Assembly (NCBI GenBank): GCA_051294905.1 | Contig: CM119371.1 | Location: 34,536,001 to 34,600,000 of the forward strand | Source of the DNA: Botryllus schlosseri | Taxonomy: Eukaryota | Length of the DNA stretch: 64,000 nt | Direction: 5' to 3' | Part shown: in pieces, positions 11,854 through 24,201 of the stretch | Position numbering within the stretch: position 1 is the stretch's first letter | How the letters are laid out: each line of letters begins with the position of its first letter | The notes under the pieces: generated by a model | Database searches by the model: none | The model's input: the letters and a program-made list of their open reading frames with translations, nothing else | Told to the model about the DNA's origin: nothing | Made by a program: the position numbers and the translations under genes

Positions 11854-14617
11854 TAGGGTTGTTCATAATTTGGAAAATCTCAAAATTTATGCGTATCCAT
11901 GTCTCATTCTATAGATTATAGTTAAAAAAACGTCAATGAACCTGCAATAAGCTCACGGGAAAGTCGTGAACATTTGTCTAAATGCGTTTGAAAGTAGCTG
12001 CCTTAGAGTGGGCGTGTCAGCGACCATAGAACGGCAAGCAGACTAGTAATCACGAAATCACGGCGATGGATTAGCTAATCTGCTACGCTTCAATGATCAC
12101 GACATTGGCGGCTTGTTGATCAGCTGGTCAAGGAGTCGGCTAACGGCGGTGATTCTGTAAGCGCATTGTAGGTTGGTCCGCCAATAATGATTTAGGATTA
12201 ATTCAGAACATGTTGAGTAACGAAACACATGATGAACAAAGAACAGCTGCTTCACAATATCTTTAAATACATGACTGGATGGCTTATTGTGAAGGTAACC
12301 GTTGTAGCCCGTATGCCTTAATTTCATTTATGGAAAGCACAAAACAAGCGGAAAAATATTGTAAAGGCGCTTATGCAAGTGGCAAACGAATTTCTAGTTT
12401 CAGAGGGGATGTACCATCATTGAATACAAATACAGAGCTTGACATTGACACTACTTTGTCTGATCTTATCATGCTGTTGTCGTGGTATATAATTGAAGTC
12501 TTGAATGCTGTAAGGGCTGGATGAATCTGTCATTTATGCTTGGCACTTGTCAGATTATTGCAGAATAATGAATCATACCGGCAAATGCTGTCAAAGTCCT
12601 CAATGATGCCGCGAAAAGAGGTCTAAAGATAAGCACAGACTATGCTGGTAGGACCAGCAAAAAGACAGTTTGCTTACATTGCTTAGCTGCCTTAGCATGT
12701 CCTTAATGAATCTTAGATCATTACCGGCTGCATCACTACTAATGCTTGAATCAAACCAGACATGGACACAGAAAGGATGTATTGAAGCGGTGTGGTAGTT
12801 ACACTCTTCTTCAGAAATCCAATGTGAGCTACCTGGTCGGCCCACATATCTTCTGAGCATACAGGATTGTGTCCAGAATCCATATCACATGGTAGGCTAT
12901 GCCGCACCAGTTCGGCGATGTCTAATATACCTTACCTGCACCCAGAAAACAGGACCACTTGGTGTAATCTCAAGCATATCAGCTATGTAGGATATTTCTG
13001 GTATCTATACTTACTTCTATAATAGGGTTGCCATACGTCCGGAATTTCCCGGACATGTCCGGAATTTCACTGGAAAAATTGCGTCCGGGAGGAAATTCTA
13101 AAATATGCCTAAATGTCCGGAATTTTGAAGGCTTGAAGAAAGCTGAAAAGTTTTTCGTAAATCAACTTACACAATATTATTTTCAAGCAGATTTATGCTA
13201 TTAAAAATTTTCTTCGCGCTGCGCGCGAGTTAATGCAACGCATATTGATATGAGTATGGGAACCAGGTACCGCCCTCGCAAAAAATGCAATCAAACATAA
13301 ATATAAATCACCATCATTTACTGAAATAAGTCTAATTGTAATCGCAATTATATGCTAACGGCATATTCCAATAGAGTTTGTTAAGGCCGATTGGATACTT
13401 CAGTCACAGACAGTGGTTCCAAATCTTGGGGTCGGTTGCCTCTATCTGGGGATCGCGAAGATGTTGGACGTAATCAGCTTCCAAAATAAGAAGTGAGTAA
13501 GTTTGGGCAAGCTGAATTTTTTTAGTAATCAGCTAATCAAGTTTTGCGCTGGGCCACGGAACATTTCAAGTTGGAAATGAGGTCGCGACCATAAAAGGTT
13601 GGAAATCATCAGATAGGCAACCTGCTGGTGAATTTTATAGTAGCCTAATATATGGAAGAATAAACATTATTGATAGAATTCATTCATAAAATTTAACAAC
13701 CAGATGATATAGTATACGTGCCCAAGACGTTACATCGATTACCCTATGGTAGGCCCAAGATCGGTGCTTTTTGGGGGGGAGGAAGAGGGCTGAAAAAATG
13801 TTGTTTCGGACCTGGTTAAAGAACACAACTAGATAGCCGCACCGACCTAACAGTATAGCAGGGCTGTCAAGCACAATCCCGACTGGCCGGACACGGTCCG
13901 CCAGACGATTTCATCCGGCCCGTGAAGAAATCCATTGCAGACCATTGCAAGTAGCAATCACAAGAGCTCACATTACAGATGACATAGTTCATGACCAGTG
14001 TTTCACTCTATTCTTGTATACTGTCGATGGGCAATGCTTTGCTAGTGTGACGTCATATTGACCGACAATGTGTAATACCTCATTAGTAAATGCGCTAGTG
14101 GGCGCTATAGAGTGTCCGCAATTTGCTTCACAAAAATATGGTAACCCTATTCTATAACTTCACAATCATTCGCTGTTTCACCTCTGTCATGCCTGCAATA
14201 GGCTATTGTTGCACTAAAGCTATCGGTACCTAGTTTTAACACTAAAACATTCAATGACCAGATGTCTCATTTTATTATTAAATCACCAACGTACAATGCG
14301 CTTACAGAATCATTGCCGTTAGCGAACTTCTCGAACTAGTATAAGCGCATAATCAGCAAGCCGCTGTGGTCGTGACCATTCAAGCATTGCTGATTAACCA
14401 ATCAAGAGACGTGATTTCGTTATTACTAGTCTTCTCGTCGTTCTATGGTCGCTAACACGCCCACTCTACGGCAGCTACTTTCATACGTATTTAGACAAAT
14501 GTTAACGACTTTCCCGTGAGCTTATTGCAGGTTCATTGATGTTTTTTATCAATAATCTACAGAATGAGGCATGGATAGTCATCTTTTTTGAGATTTTCCA
14601 AATTATGGACAACCCTA
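11854..14617 (-). mobile_element. Decayed hAT-type transposon with ~270-bp imperfect TIRs
   Basis: TAGGGTTGT termini; TSD TTGTATAT; minus-strand relic peptides (WILDTILYAQKI; WF..AAGNDLRFIKDM..FSRH) resembling hAT-group transposases with PGAxHHARWMAK/APxNDL motifs. Confidence 0.8.
13023..14149. mobile_element. Non-autonomous hAT element nested in 11854-14617
   Basis: TIR TAGGGTTGCCATA...TATGGTAACCCTA; TSD TTCTATAA; related to 37255-38099. Confidence 0.88.
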
Positions 14618-15084
14618 TTGTATATATATCATTGAGCAATCTACATCAGGAAGATATTTGCAAATGAATACATACGGTGACACATATATAAATAACCTTG
14701 TCTTGTCCGAACCATCGAAATTGATACCTCCAGGCCAAGGAGTAATCAAAACAGTCACATCACCCAACCACTTTGCCTTGACTACCAGCTTAACGCGCAG
14801 CTATCAACTTAAAGGTCAACTGCATCTCAAAAATGACTTTGCCTTATTTCGTACATTATGTGGTTAGGAATATGAATAAAATAATGAAAATTGAAAATAC
14901 CTTATAGTTTTCAAGTAATTTAAATTATAAATCGAAAAGTCAAAAAACGGAAACGAAACCATTCAGCCATGAAATGACGTCATGTAACTGACACAGCAGA
15001 AGTCTTGATACCTGGTTTGCTTAAGGTTATCCCTGTTGCTGTGGATTTGAGTATTTCAGTGTGATCATGAAAGCTGTTTAGAAG

Positions 15085-15300
15085 ATGAGGAATGGAGGTA
15101 GACGTTATGTCGCGTATGGCTGCTACAATACGCAATATGCGGTACTCAAAGTGTCCTTACATCGCTTTCACAAGCCATATGCCGTCAGCCGACCGGACGC
15201 CTATAGCTGATTAGCTGAACAGTGCGGAACACCGTGAAGACCGAAATTGCGCACAGAATCATATTCATGCGCGGATCACTTCCAACCATCTTGCTTCAAT
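15085..15300 (+). pseudogene. THAP-domain relic (Kolobok transposase N-terminus)
   Basis: MRNGGRRYVAYGCYNT..VSLHRF and CADHFQPSCF, disrupted by stops/frameshifts. Confidence 0.7.
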
Positions 15301-16362
15301 GAAGTATCCGAGATACACAAGCTAGTTGACTACCGAACACAGGCAACTATCGCATGTACTCCGGTCCACACTTCACGTACTGTCCGAAATCGGTAAGTGA
15401 AAATGTATTGAGTCAGCTAGTACTATAAAACTGTAACTAACCGTTTCTATTAGTATTGACTGTGGTAGTAACGAAAGTAGTTATTGTTTGCACTCAAGTA
15501 TACATGTAGAATTAAGTACGGTACCGTATATGCCTTCAAAAACTTTTGAAGTGGAAGTATTCTAAAATTAAGCCACTTCACTCATTGAATGAAGTAGTGG
15601 CATTAGTTACTGAAAAGGGAGTATGTAACCAGCTGACTGCATGACCTGATGGTTACATCGCTGACCTCCTTTTATCAGTTTTATGGACTCCGTGGATAAT
15701 TGAAAAGGACGCGACTCGAGCCAAAACTATAGAAGTGAGATGACTTGTGACTCGGAAATTTGCCACTTGGCTACAACCCTGATAAAATCATAGACTGATG
15801 AAGCTGTAGCCTATGAGTCAGGAAGCCTACTTATCATGTAAGCAGCAAAAGCAACACGATAATACCGATGATCCATTACTATATCGTAATCTATGTCCCT
15901 CTCAAGATGTTGGCAGCTCAGCGGAGATGAGAAAGTACCAGTATCACCATAACTGTCGTAAAGTACTCTGTTAACTGTTCAAAACAACCCTTATAAGATT
16001 TCACCATATTCACAAGCCATACGCATCATTGTAGGATGCAGTTTGCAATCCTTTATTTAATGATACTTGAGAAGGAATACTGCCTTCAATCTGACTGTGT
16101 TATAACACCTTGTGATATTTTTTTGCCTTCTCTAGATTACTGCAATGAAGAAGTCAATGCACTCGTCAAAACACGACCAGGAACGGCAGAGTTCATCAAT
16201 TTTATTTAAGTAGCGGCATCGTCAAAATTAGCTCGGATGATGATATTGCTGGACACAAAACCCGATGTTTCTCTTCCTGATACAGTAGCAGTGTTGATGG
16301 ATTAGTTTGTTGCATTTACTATTTTCAATAAAACTATTTTCATGCGCAATGAAGCATTTCAA

Positions 16363-16740
16363 AATTGAAATCCTTTGAAACTACTGGATGTGACTTTTGA
16401 TCGGGTGGCAGTAACGACATGCGCAGGCAGGATTTTCCGTGTTGTTTTCTGCAGAATCCCCAGCAATCGGACGAAATTCCTGTGCAGTGTTTCTCAGCTT
16501 CCTGAAAAGTGTAGTGTTAGGAAATTACTTGGCAACGGACTCGCCGTTTCATCTTAATGAGACTCATGCATCAAACTAGATGTTATAATTCTGTGGCCAT
16601 AATCATGTTCATATCAATAGTAAGACATCTTCAATGCATCACCAACCCAACAAGCTGATTGAAATCATGGTAATGCTGTGATTCACTCTTATTCTGTCAG
16701 CACAAACTCTCCCTGATAGTCGGCATTTAAGCTGGCAACC
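16363..16740 (-). pseudogene. KolX-like (P2X7 C-terminal-like Cys-rich) relic
   Basis: Fragments MPTIRESLC, FQSAC..DALKMSYY, RNFVRLLGILQKTTRKILPAHVVTATRSK..FKGF. Confidence 0.65.
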
Positions 16741-17327
16741 TCCATATTAACACCTGTGATTGATTGTAGCAAGATTCCTAATTGAAACGAAGTAATCCAC
16801 CAAATTATACATAGGCCGCTACCATACTGCATTTCATTTAGCTTTTACGCTGATCACACTACAGATTACCAACCGACCCATCATACGAAGCTGATAGGGG
16901 TTCCACTGATGTGGGATCGAGCGAATCACCACCTGAAGCGCGTCCGCATTTCATACTTACATTCAAGTACTCAGATTCAGTTTTAACACCATACAAGCGA
17001 GTCCTTCGCCATACAACTAACTCAAATATTCGCCCAGCGTCTTGGCGAACACACAATCACACATATCCCCTGTGGTGAGAATAGAGATGTCATGTACTTG
17101 ACGTCACAATGCACATTCTGCTTTTTCTGTAAACATGCCAATATTGGGACTTTCAGTCAAAATTACGGCAATTTCCGATTGAGTAGAAACACGGAAAGTC
17201 GGTAATTTCGGTATAAAATAAAGTTCTGAACATGATTCCGCAAAGTTGCTGTAGAGATGCAGTTGACCTTTAACCCAAAGATGGCGGCCAATGGATCACG
17301 CAAATATCGCGAGTAGCGCACTCCAAT

Positions 17328-17755
17328 CAGAGATGAGCGGATTTGAAATTTCTATGTCCTAATCCAATCCATATCCGAACCTTCAAATCCAAATCCAAAT
17401 CCTAATCCATAACTTTTTCATATTTAAGTCCATGTCCAATTCTAATCCAATTCCAACTGGAAATTCAGAAAAAAAACTAATTTATGCAATGGAGGGATTC
17501 GAAAATTTTCTTTCACAACCAACGATTCACTTGATTCAAGATAACTTAGTAACCATAAGTACATTAATAACTGATCTGAATAAAGTTTGTCGCCATTCGC
17601 CACACGACATTTCAATCTCCCATAAAATAGGTAAATCCAATCCAAATCCTAATCCGTGCAGAAAAAAAATGTCTAATCCAAATCCAATCCAAATCCGACA
17701 AAATTTCACAAATCCTGTTTTTTCAAAACCTAATCCTAATCCATGCTCATCTCTG
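17328..17755. mobile_element. hAT-type MITE (AATCC-rich), copy 2
   Basis: Same TIRs as 773-1199; TSD ACTCCAAT. Confidence 0.9.
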
Positions 17756-19871
17756 ACTCCAATGTTTATATAGCTCAGTGGGGAACAACCGAACAAACAG
17801 CTGTTATCCGTCATGCGTGGCTACGTTCAATAGGCCTTTTGCAGGACTTCGACCACGTGACTAGATACGCACAGCAACAACAAATTGGTTAGCAAGCTAC
17901 TTTCTCGCGCACCTGCTTCAGTGCTAAATATCGCATAGTGTACTGTTGATTTCTGGTTGTAAACGTTTCGGAAATTTGTTGTAGAAGTCATCAGAGATTC
18001 ACCTATGCTAGATGTCAATCCTGTACAAAGCATTTAGAATGATATCGTCAGAATTACGCAGAAATCCATCGGTAACCTAGTCGTATTACTGTACTCAACT
18101 CTGATCATATGTACTTAAATTTATGCATTTGAAGTAAAGCGATTGGCTTATATTCTGGTAAGAGTATTTGTTAGTTCAAGCAGTACTATTTGTCTGTTGT
18201 GGAGCCTGATTTTGGATGGAAGATATGGCTGAAGCAGCCGGGACCCGCAAGGATCAGGATATACTGTCTGCTGGTTTGGGTGCGGGCGGCCTGCTATAAA
18301 ACAAATGTCGCTGAACACATCGGAAGTATTTTTTGGGAGAACCTGCCGTCAAGACTAAGCAAATCAGTGCACTTTATTGTTGCCTTATACAATGCCAATT
18401 TTATTACCACTACTTCGCAACTGCGATTGAAGTGGATTTGGCAAATCACACTCGATTTTGATAAATAGTTGATGTCACATATGTGCGATATTTAGCGAAC
18501 TAAGGGAAGTAACTATCATATAACTCTTAGAGCAGCTCAAACGCAGTGACAAGATCGGTCATCCTATACCCAGACATGGTCAACGTGGTCATTGTTGGGA
18601 ACCGAGTAGAAGTAATGCCTTAATTTATACTCCAGTACAAGTAGCACTAATTACTTCCAGGACATGTCCAAAGTACTTCAAGTGGAAGTAGAAATGAATT
18701 TCTGAAAAGCGGTCAAGAAATTCGTTACATGAAGTAGATTTGGTTGAGGGTCACTTAGTTTTAGAAATTGATGCCATGTGACAACTGTAAACATTGCATG
18801 TTGCATCTTCTTGATCAACGCAAAAGGGTGATGACACCACAAATAAGTGCAATTTTCAAAAATTAATTTAGTTACCGTGGTACTGGGGCTATTTTGCCCA
18901 GCAGTTCAACCTCACGCTTGAAGGGGATGCAATCATGCGCCAAAGCTACATTCTAGTTGACAAAATCCCAAACCTGACAAAAAAGTACTACCTAAAAAGT
19001 GTCAAGTAGAAGTGGAAGTAGCATAAACTCATAATGACGCTAGTACTCAGATAAAATAGTACTTCGTTGCTGACCCCCTCTGTGTATTGGCTCAACCAAC
19101 TCAGAAACATCCTCTAAATACGACTAACATTGTTTCTTTCGCATTGACTCCGTAATATTCTGAACTTATGATATTCTTTGATTCATTGAATTTACAAATA
19201 AACTTGCAAAGAAGATCGATTTATTAATTTTTGTGCATTCGATGCCCAGAGCATAAGAAATAGTTGAAGAAAAGTGGATGTTAACCTTATCAAGTTCAAT
19301 AACTGCCGAGACTGTTATGCCTATGTATTTTCTTCTACCTCCATAGCCACTTGTCTAGACATATTCATAGCATCCACGGAAGAGCGCTTGTCTTGCTGTA
19401 CACAAATGAAATATCATTTTCAAAGCAGACATCAACATCGGGAAAGAAGTTCAGGACAGTTAGTCAGTGGTCAGATCATCTGCTGACATTTTCTGTTGGC
19501 ATGAAACCACGCTGCCTTCCACCGCATGACCAAATTTTATGTGGTGATAATAATTGGCTCCAGGCTGAATTCTTGACGAGGGCATCATCAATTTCTTAGT
19601 TGCCTATGTTCGGCTTGTTATGTTCGTGTATTTACGTTGGTATCGTTTCACTCTATTTTGTATAGGACTAGTAATTAGCGCCAATCATTATGTCCTTGTG
19701 TGCCTTGCGTTGTATTTATACCCTGTGTTCTGTTTGTCTCGTGGTCTTTCATTTAACTGAACTCTGGATCGTGTCGCTGCCTAAAGTTATTCTGCTGTAC
19801 AATATACTGATTTCTTATTGCAACCTCGTCGTATTGCGTTATTGTTCAAACAAGATCAAGAACATAACAAT

Positions 19872-19884
19872 TGGTGTCAGAAGT
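19872..19884 (+). promoter_or_regulatory. Primer binding site, probably tRNA-Leu(CAA)
   Basis: TGGTGTCAGAAGT immediately after the 5' LTR, complementary to a ...ACTTCTGACACCA tRNA 3' end; identical in copy 2. Confidence 0.75.
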
Positions 19885-19919
19885 CGGATTCATAGTTATT
19901 TCTGCGACGAACATATATC

Positions 19920-22900
19920 ATGGAATCGGGTATTTTGAAGCTTCTGGAGAAGCAGCAGGAAATGATGGCGGAACAACGCGCACAGCGTAAAGAAGAGCTG
20001 GAGCAGCAAAATGCTCGTCACAGAGAAGAGATGAAACAACAAGCGAAGCAGCAAGAGATTATGACGCAACAACAAGCGAAGCAGCAAGAGATTATGGCGC
20101 AACAACAAGCGAAGCAGCAAGTGATGATGGTGCAACAACAAGCAAAGCATGACGAAGCAATGGCAAAAGTCATGACAGAGATGGCGCAATTGACGCAGAG
20201 GTTGAATCCCGGTGCATCAACATCTGAAGCTACCGCTCCCAAGTTTGATTCATTTGTAAAATCAAAGGAGAAATGGGACCAATATCTGCAACGATTCAAC
20301 CATCACCTAGCAATTTACGGCATTTCCAACATGGAGAAGAAAAGAGCGTGTCTACTCTCATGGGTCGGACCTGAAACGTACTCGCTCCTACGTAATTTGT
20401 TTGGTGCTGCTGATGTCAGTGCGCAATCCTTCGACGCATTGACTGAGAAGTTGTCTACACACTTCAAAGACTCCATTCATGTGCAAGCTGCCAGGTACGA
20501 ATTTTACAATTGCAAGATGCAACCGAGGCAATCGTACGCCGATTGGATCGCAACTCTACGCGGAATCTCCAAGGATTGCAACTTCATATGCTCAAGAGAT
20601 GGCTGTGATCAAAGCTACGTTGATGAGCTAATGCGCGATCTCATCATTAAAGAAACGCCGCACGCGGATGTGAGACGGCATTGTCTAACACAAACCAATC
20701 CATCCCTTGACGACGTTCTCAAAGTAGCTGCAACATACGTGAGAACGCTGGAAACCGATAGGGTTATCCAGGGCGAGAGTAACGGTAAAGATACTTCCAT
20801 CGTCAACAAAATGACTGGAAGCTATCAGAAGGGGGAAAAAACCTTCCAAATCCATTCAAGGCAACTTCCCGGAAAGACTGAAATCCTGTAGCCGCTGTTT
20901 CATCGATCACCAGAAAAAAGACTGTCAATATCGACATTCAGTATGTCAGAAATGTGGTCGTAAAGGTCATATCAAACCTGTGTGCATGTCTACCAAACCT
21001 AGTATCCCGCAACAGGTCACATCCGTCAATTTCTGCTCAGTGCCGCTCCTCTCCTTCAACATCGATCAACTATATCGACGCGTAGGAAACCAGCTCTGGA
21101 TCAACTCCAGCATCAACGGCATTCCGCTGCCGACACAGTGGGACACTGGTGCACCCTCCGCCATGGTGGGATTGACTGGGTACAAAACTTTAGGCTCTCC
21201 GAAACTCTCAGCATACCATTGCTCTTTCGTAGCGTACGGCGACAAGCCTTTGAAAGTGAAAGATATTTGCACTGTAACTGTGCAGGTGGGTTCTGAAGTT
21301 CGTGTTGGCTTAAAATTGGTGGTTCTCGACGAACACCGTGGGCAAAACATTTTTGGTCTCGATTGGAGCGATGCTTCTCCATGACCGCTAAGGTAACGTC
21401 TGCTTTGGATGCAATTTCCTCGCAGATGGTTAAATCGCAATCATGTAGCACTATTGACATTTGTGATTCTAACGACAAATTGGTATCTTTTCAGTCCAAA
21501 TTTCCCTCCGTTTTCTTTAATGTATTAGGACGATGCACCAAGACAAAGGTGACAATTCACTTGAAACCTAATGCCAAGCCCGTATTTAACAAGCCACGTC
21601 CTTTTCCTTTCGCACGGCAAATCGCTGTTCAAACCGAATTGGATAGATTAGTCAATCAAGGTATTCTCGAACCAATAAATTACAGTGATCGGGCAGCACC
21701 AATTGTTGCCGTCACTAAATCAAATGGATCAATACGCATTTGTGGTGACTTCAAAGCATTGAATCAACAAATTCAGATAGATCAACATCCCCTGCCCTCC
21801 TTGGATGAAATCCTTCACAAGTTACAGGGTGGTTGTATTTTCACGAAAATTGATCTTGCCGATGCTTATTTTCAGCTAGAATTAGATGATGATGCGAAGA
21901 ATTTGTGTGTCATCAACACGCAATTCGGTCTATTCCGTTATCGACGCATGTGTTTCGGAGTCGCATCTAGTCCTGCAAATTTTCAACGCTGTATTGATGC
22001 CATGATCGCCGGCTTACCCGGTGTTGCTAGTTTTATCGATGACATAATCGTTACTGGCATTGATGAACGCGATCATTTTCGCAACTTATCGCTACTCTTT
22101 TGAGCGCCTCACCGAATACGGTTTCACCGTCAACTTCGCTAAATGTGAATTTTTCAAAAGTAGTATCGAGTATCTTGGTCACATCATCGACAAGGACGGC
22201 AAACGCCCGTCTCACAAATCCGTTGAAGCAATCAAACAGTTGCCTAAACCTCAGGATGTTCGCCAGCTACAGGCATTCCTGGGCAAAGTCAATTATTATC
22301 GCGCGTTTATTCCTAATTTTACGAATAAAGCCGCTGCCTTGTACCGTCTTCTTCAAAAAGACGCGAAATTCATTTGGAATGCGGACTGTGATGCAGCTTT
22401 TCGCATTCTCAAAAACGACGTAATCGACGCTACGCAGTTAGCTCATTATGATGTAAACAAGCAGCTCATTTTGTCAACTGATGCTTCTCAATTCGGAATC
22501 GGCGCTGTCCTCTCAATCGAGCACAATGGCGAAGAGAGACCGATCGCGCACGCATCGAAAACACTTTCAGATTCGCAAAAATCCTACTTTCAAATCGAGA
22601 AGGAAGCTCTGTCAATCATTTACGGAGTCACTAAATTTCGTCAATTCTTGTATGGTAGAAAATTTACGCTCGTAACGGACCACAAACCGCTTTTAGCTAT
22701 TTTCTCGCCAGACAAGAAAATTCCCGTGATTACAGCGCAACGTTTACAGCGATGGGCACTAACGCTCATGGCTTACCAATACGATATTCGCTATAAACCG
22801 ACTAATGAGCACGGAAACGCCGACGGTTTATCTCGCCTACCAAAGGGTCCAGACCCTGAGTTTGACGAACTGGAAATTCGTGAAAACGCGGAGATCGTTC

Positions 22901-24201
22901 ACGCTATTAATATGGCATTCGATGGCTTACCGTTAACTCGCAATGAAATTCGCGACGCGACGCTGAAGGACAAAACCATGAAACTAGTAAAATTATCTGT
23001 CACTCATGGTAATTGGAATCCAAAGGTGCACATTGATGATTTTTCTTGGTTTTCGACTCGCAAACATTCGCTTTCTCTGCACGAAGACATAGTCATGCTC
23101 AATATTGATGGTTTTCAGCGCGTAGTAATTCCACAGTCACTTCGCTCGCGAGTCTTATCATTGTTGCACGAAGGACATTGGGGTATCGCGAAAATGAAGC
23201 AGATGGCTCGACGTTACATCGCATGGCCTTCCAATAATCGCGACATTGAAAATCTCGTGAAGAGTTGCGACGCTTGCCGTAAAGTAATGAAAGCGCCTGA
23301 TCGTCAGTATTGCGAATGGCCTAAAACTTCTGAAAGCTTTGAACGAATTCACCTGGATTTTGCAGGTCCAATAAACAATAAAATGTTTCTTGTCATCGTC
23401 GATGCGCATTCGAAATATCCTTTCGTTAAAGTAATGAATGTCGGATCTACCACAACCTTGTGTGTAGTCAACGCTTTGCGGGAAGTCTTTTCTATTGAAG
23501 GCTTGCGCGTAACAATTGTCACGGATGGCGGGCCGCAATTCACATCGAATGAATTCGATACGTTTTGCTCTAATTTGGCAATCAGCCATATCGTATCACC
23601 GTCTTTTCACCCTGCCTCGAACGGGGAAGCGGAGCGTTTCGTCCAGACTTTAAAAGCTGGATTAATAAAAAATTGCGACGGGGGAAAAGATCTCAACTTC
23701 GCGCTCCAAACACTTCTCGCTACTTACCGATGTGCACCGCACCCGGGCATAGACTGGAAAACGCCTGCTGAGATTTTACATGGTCGGCAGCCGCGCAATT
23801 TGTTAAGTTTGTGCTCGCCCTTCGACAAATCTAAAACCGTTACGCGTGGACAATCAGTCACTCATTTCGAGATTGGTTCCTCGGTTTACGCTCGAAGTTA
23901 CCGAAGCGGACCAAAGTGGATTGCTGGCGTAGTGACGGAAATACTGGGGCGTGTTGTGTACATTATAAAAACGGATCATGGGTATTGGAGGAGGCACAGA
24001 AACCAACTCCAACCACGCTTGATTTCAGCTGGCCATAACAATACAGCCACACAGGAAGTTGCTCAGCCTCCGCAGTCGCAAGCTGAGCAACCATTGGTTA
24101 GGAACAGGGCACAAGATCCTGCAGCTAGTCCTGCTCGTACGTCGGGTAGACGTTACCCCGTTAGAAATAGAAAACAAACAGATTTCTATCGGCCGACGTG
24201 A
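19920..24201 (+). pseudogene. Gag-Pol polyprotein of Gypsy copy 1 (three single-base frameshifts)
   Basis: CCHC knuckle CQKCGRKGHIKPVC, protease WDTGA, RT FIDD, RNase H TDAS, integrase HHCC/DDE; breaks near 20831, 21377 and 22100 relative to copy 2. Confidence 0.92.

Larger units (their letters stand above)
14813..17269 (+). mobile_element. Internally deleted Kolobok DNA transposon
   Basis: Perfect 16-bp TIR AGGTCAACTGCATCTC, TTAA on both sides, THAP relic on + strand and KolX-like relic on - strand in convergent orientation. Confidence 0.85.

Noticed and set aside
20825..20845. Programmed gag-pol frameshift at GGGGGAAAAAA
   Set aside because: Copy 2 reads through in one frame and the site precedes the zinc knuckle; better explained as an indel
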